DNA of 63,898 nucleotides, counting the filler, from Octopus bimaculoides (lineage: Eukaryota): assembly GCF_001194135.2 (NCBI RefSeq). It is 4 parts of 4 records of this genome, joined end to end, with 100 filler letters (N's around TTAATTAATTAA, not from the genome) between each part and the next. Parts side by side here need not be neighbours in the genome. Positions count along the whole stretch, not along the records: positions 62,665 to 63,898 come from NW_026306484.1; 3 more parts are not named here. One strand, 5' to 3'. This document shows, in pieces, positions 63,412 to 63,898 of this stretch; position 1 is the stretch's first letter, and each line of letters starts with the position of its first letter. The notes under the pieces were generated by a model that saw only the letters and a list, made by a program, of their open reading frames with translations, was not told the origin of the DNA and did no database searches. The position numbers and the translations under genes were made by a program.

Positions 63412-63898
63412 CTGTATGTATGAACACATACACACAGACACACACACCACCACCACCTCCATCCACTAGCAAAGAAATTCAAAATTCTGCTGATGTCTGT
63501 AAGACCCCAGTGCTCTCTACTGGCTGAGATTCGGTCCATTTCCATTACAGTACACCCTTATTCCACCCAAGCTCTTCTATATAAAGACAGTGTTTAATGA
63601 CTGACTTTCTCCTTTCTCCAGGAGGCATGGTGGGGTAGCTGGCAGGGTGGTTGCAAGAAAAAGGCTGATGGGGTTTACTGGGTATCTGGGTAGGAGCATA
63701 TCTGCTATCTGTTGCTACCGGCTGGCTGTGGGAGTCCAGACTCCAGAAAATTGAATAAGGGAGAGGATTTGACATGTTTTATAGCTGTGTGTGTGTATGT
63801 GTGTGTGTGTGTGCATGTGTGTGTGTGTATATGTGTGTATGTGTGTGTGTGTGTGTATTATGCATATATATATTTATAAACAAAAACATATATACATA

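Overview
AT-rich, microsatellite-saturated animal genomic DNA from a gapped draft assembly. The repeat families look like those of a coleoid cephalopod, probably Octopus; this is inferred from recognition, not from a search. No intact protein-coding gene is supportable. The long ORFs in the track are N-gap or microsatellite read-throughs, and every recognisable coding remnant is a decayed transposon: Penelope-like elements (PLEs; RT, GIY-YIG), three mariners, a rosa/DD41D Tc1-mariner, a hAT interrupted by a solo LTR with a 4-bp TSD, CR1, RTE, Tx1, R4/Dong-type RLE elements sitting in (CATA)n and (TAA)n, and a Gypsy remnant. There are also dozens of tRNA-derived SINE copies. A few isolated promoter- and exon-like signals are low confidence. 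The most notable structure is a set of five 200-370 bp fold-back (inverted-repeat) elements between 27 and 41 kb, together with several minimal type-I hammerhead ribozyme motifs inside or next to them. Two unrelated hammerhead families carry a G3-C8 swap of the normally invariant C3-G8 core pair (GUGAUCA at 41090; GUGAACA at 38429 and on the opposite strand at 38392). All folds were done by eye and none has been computed or tested.
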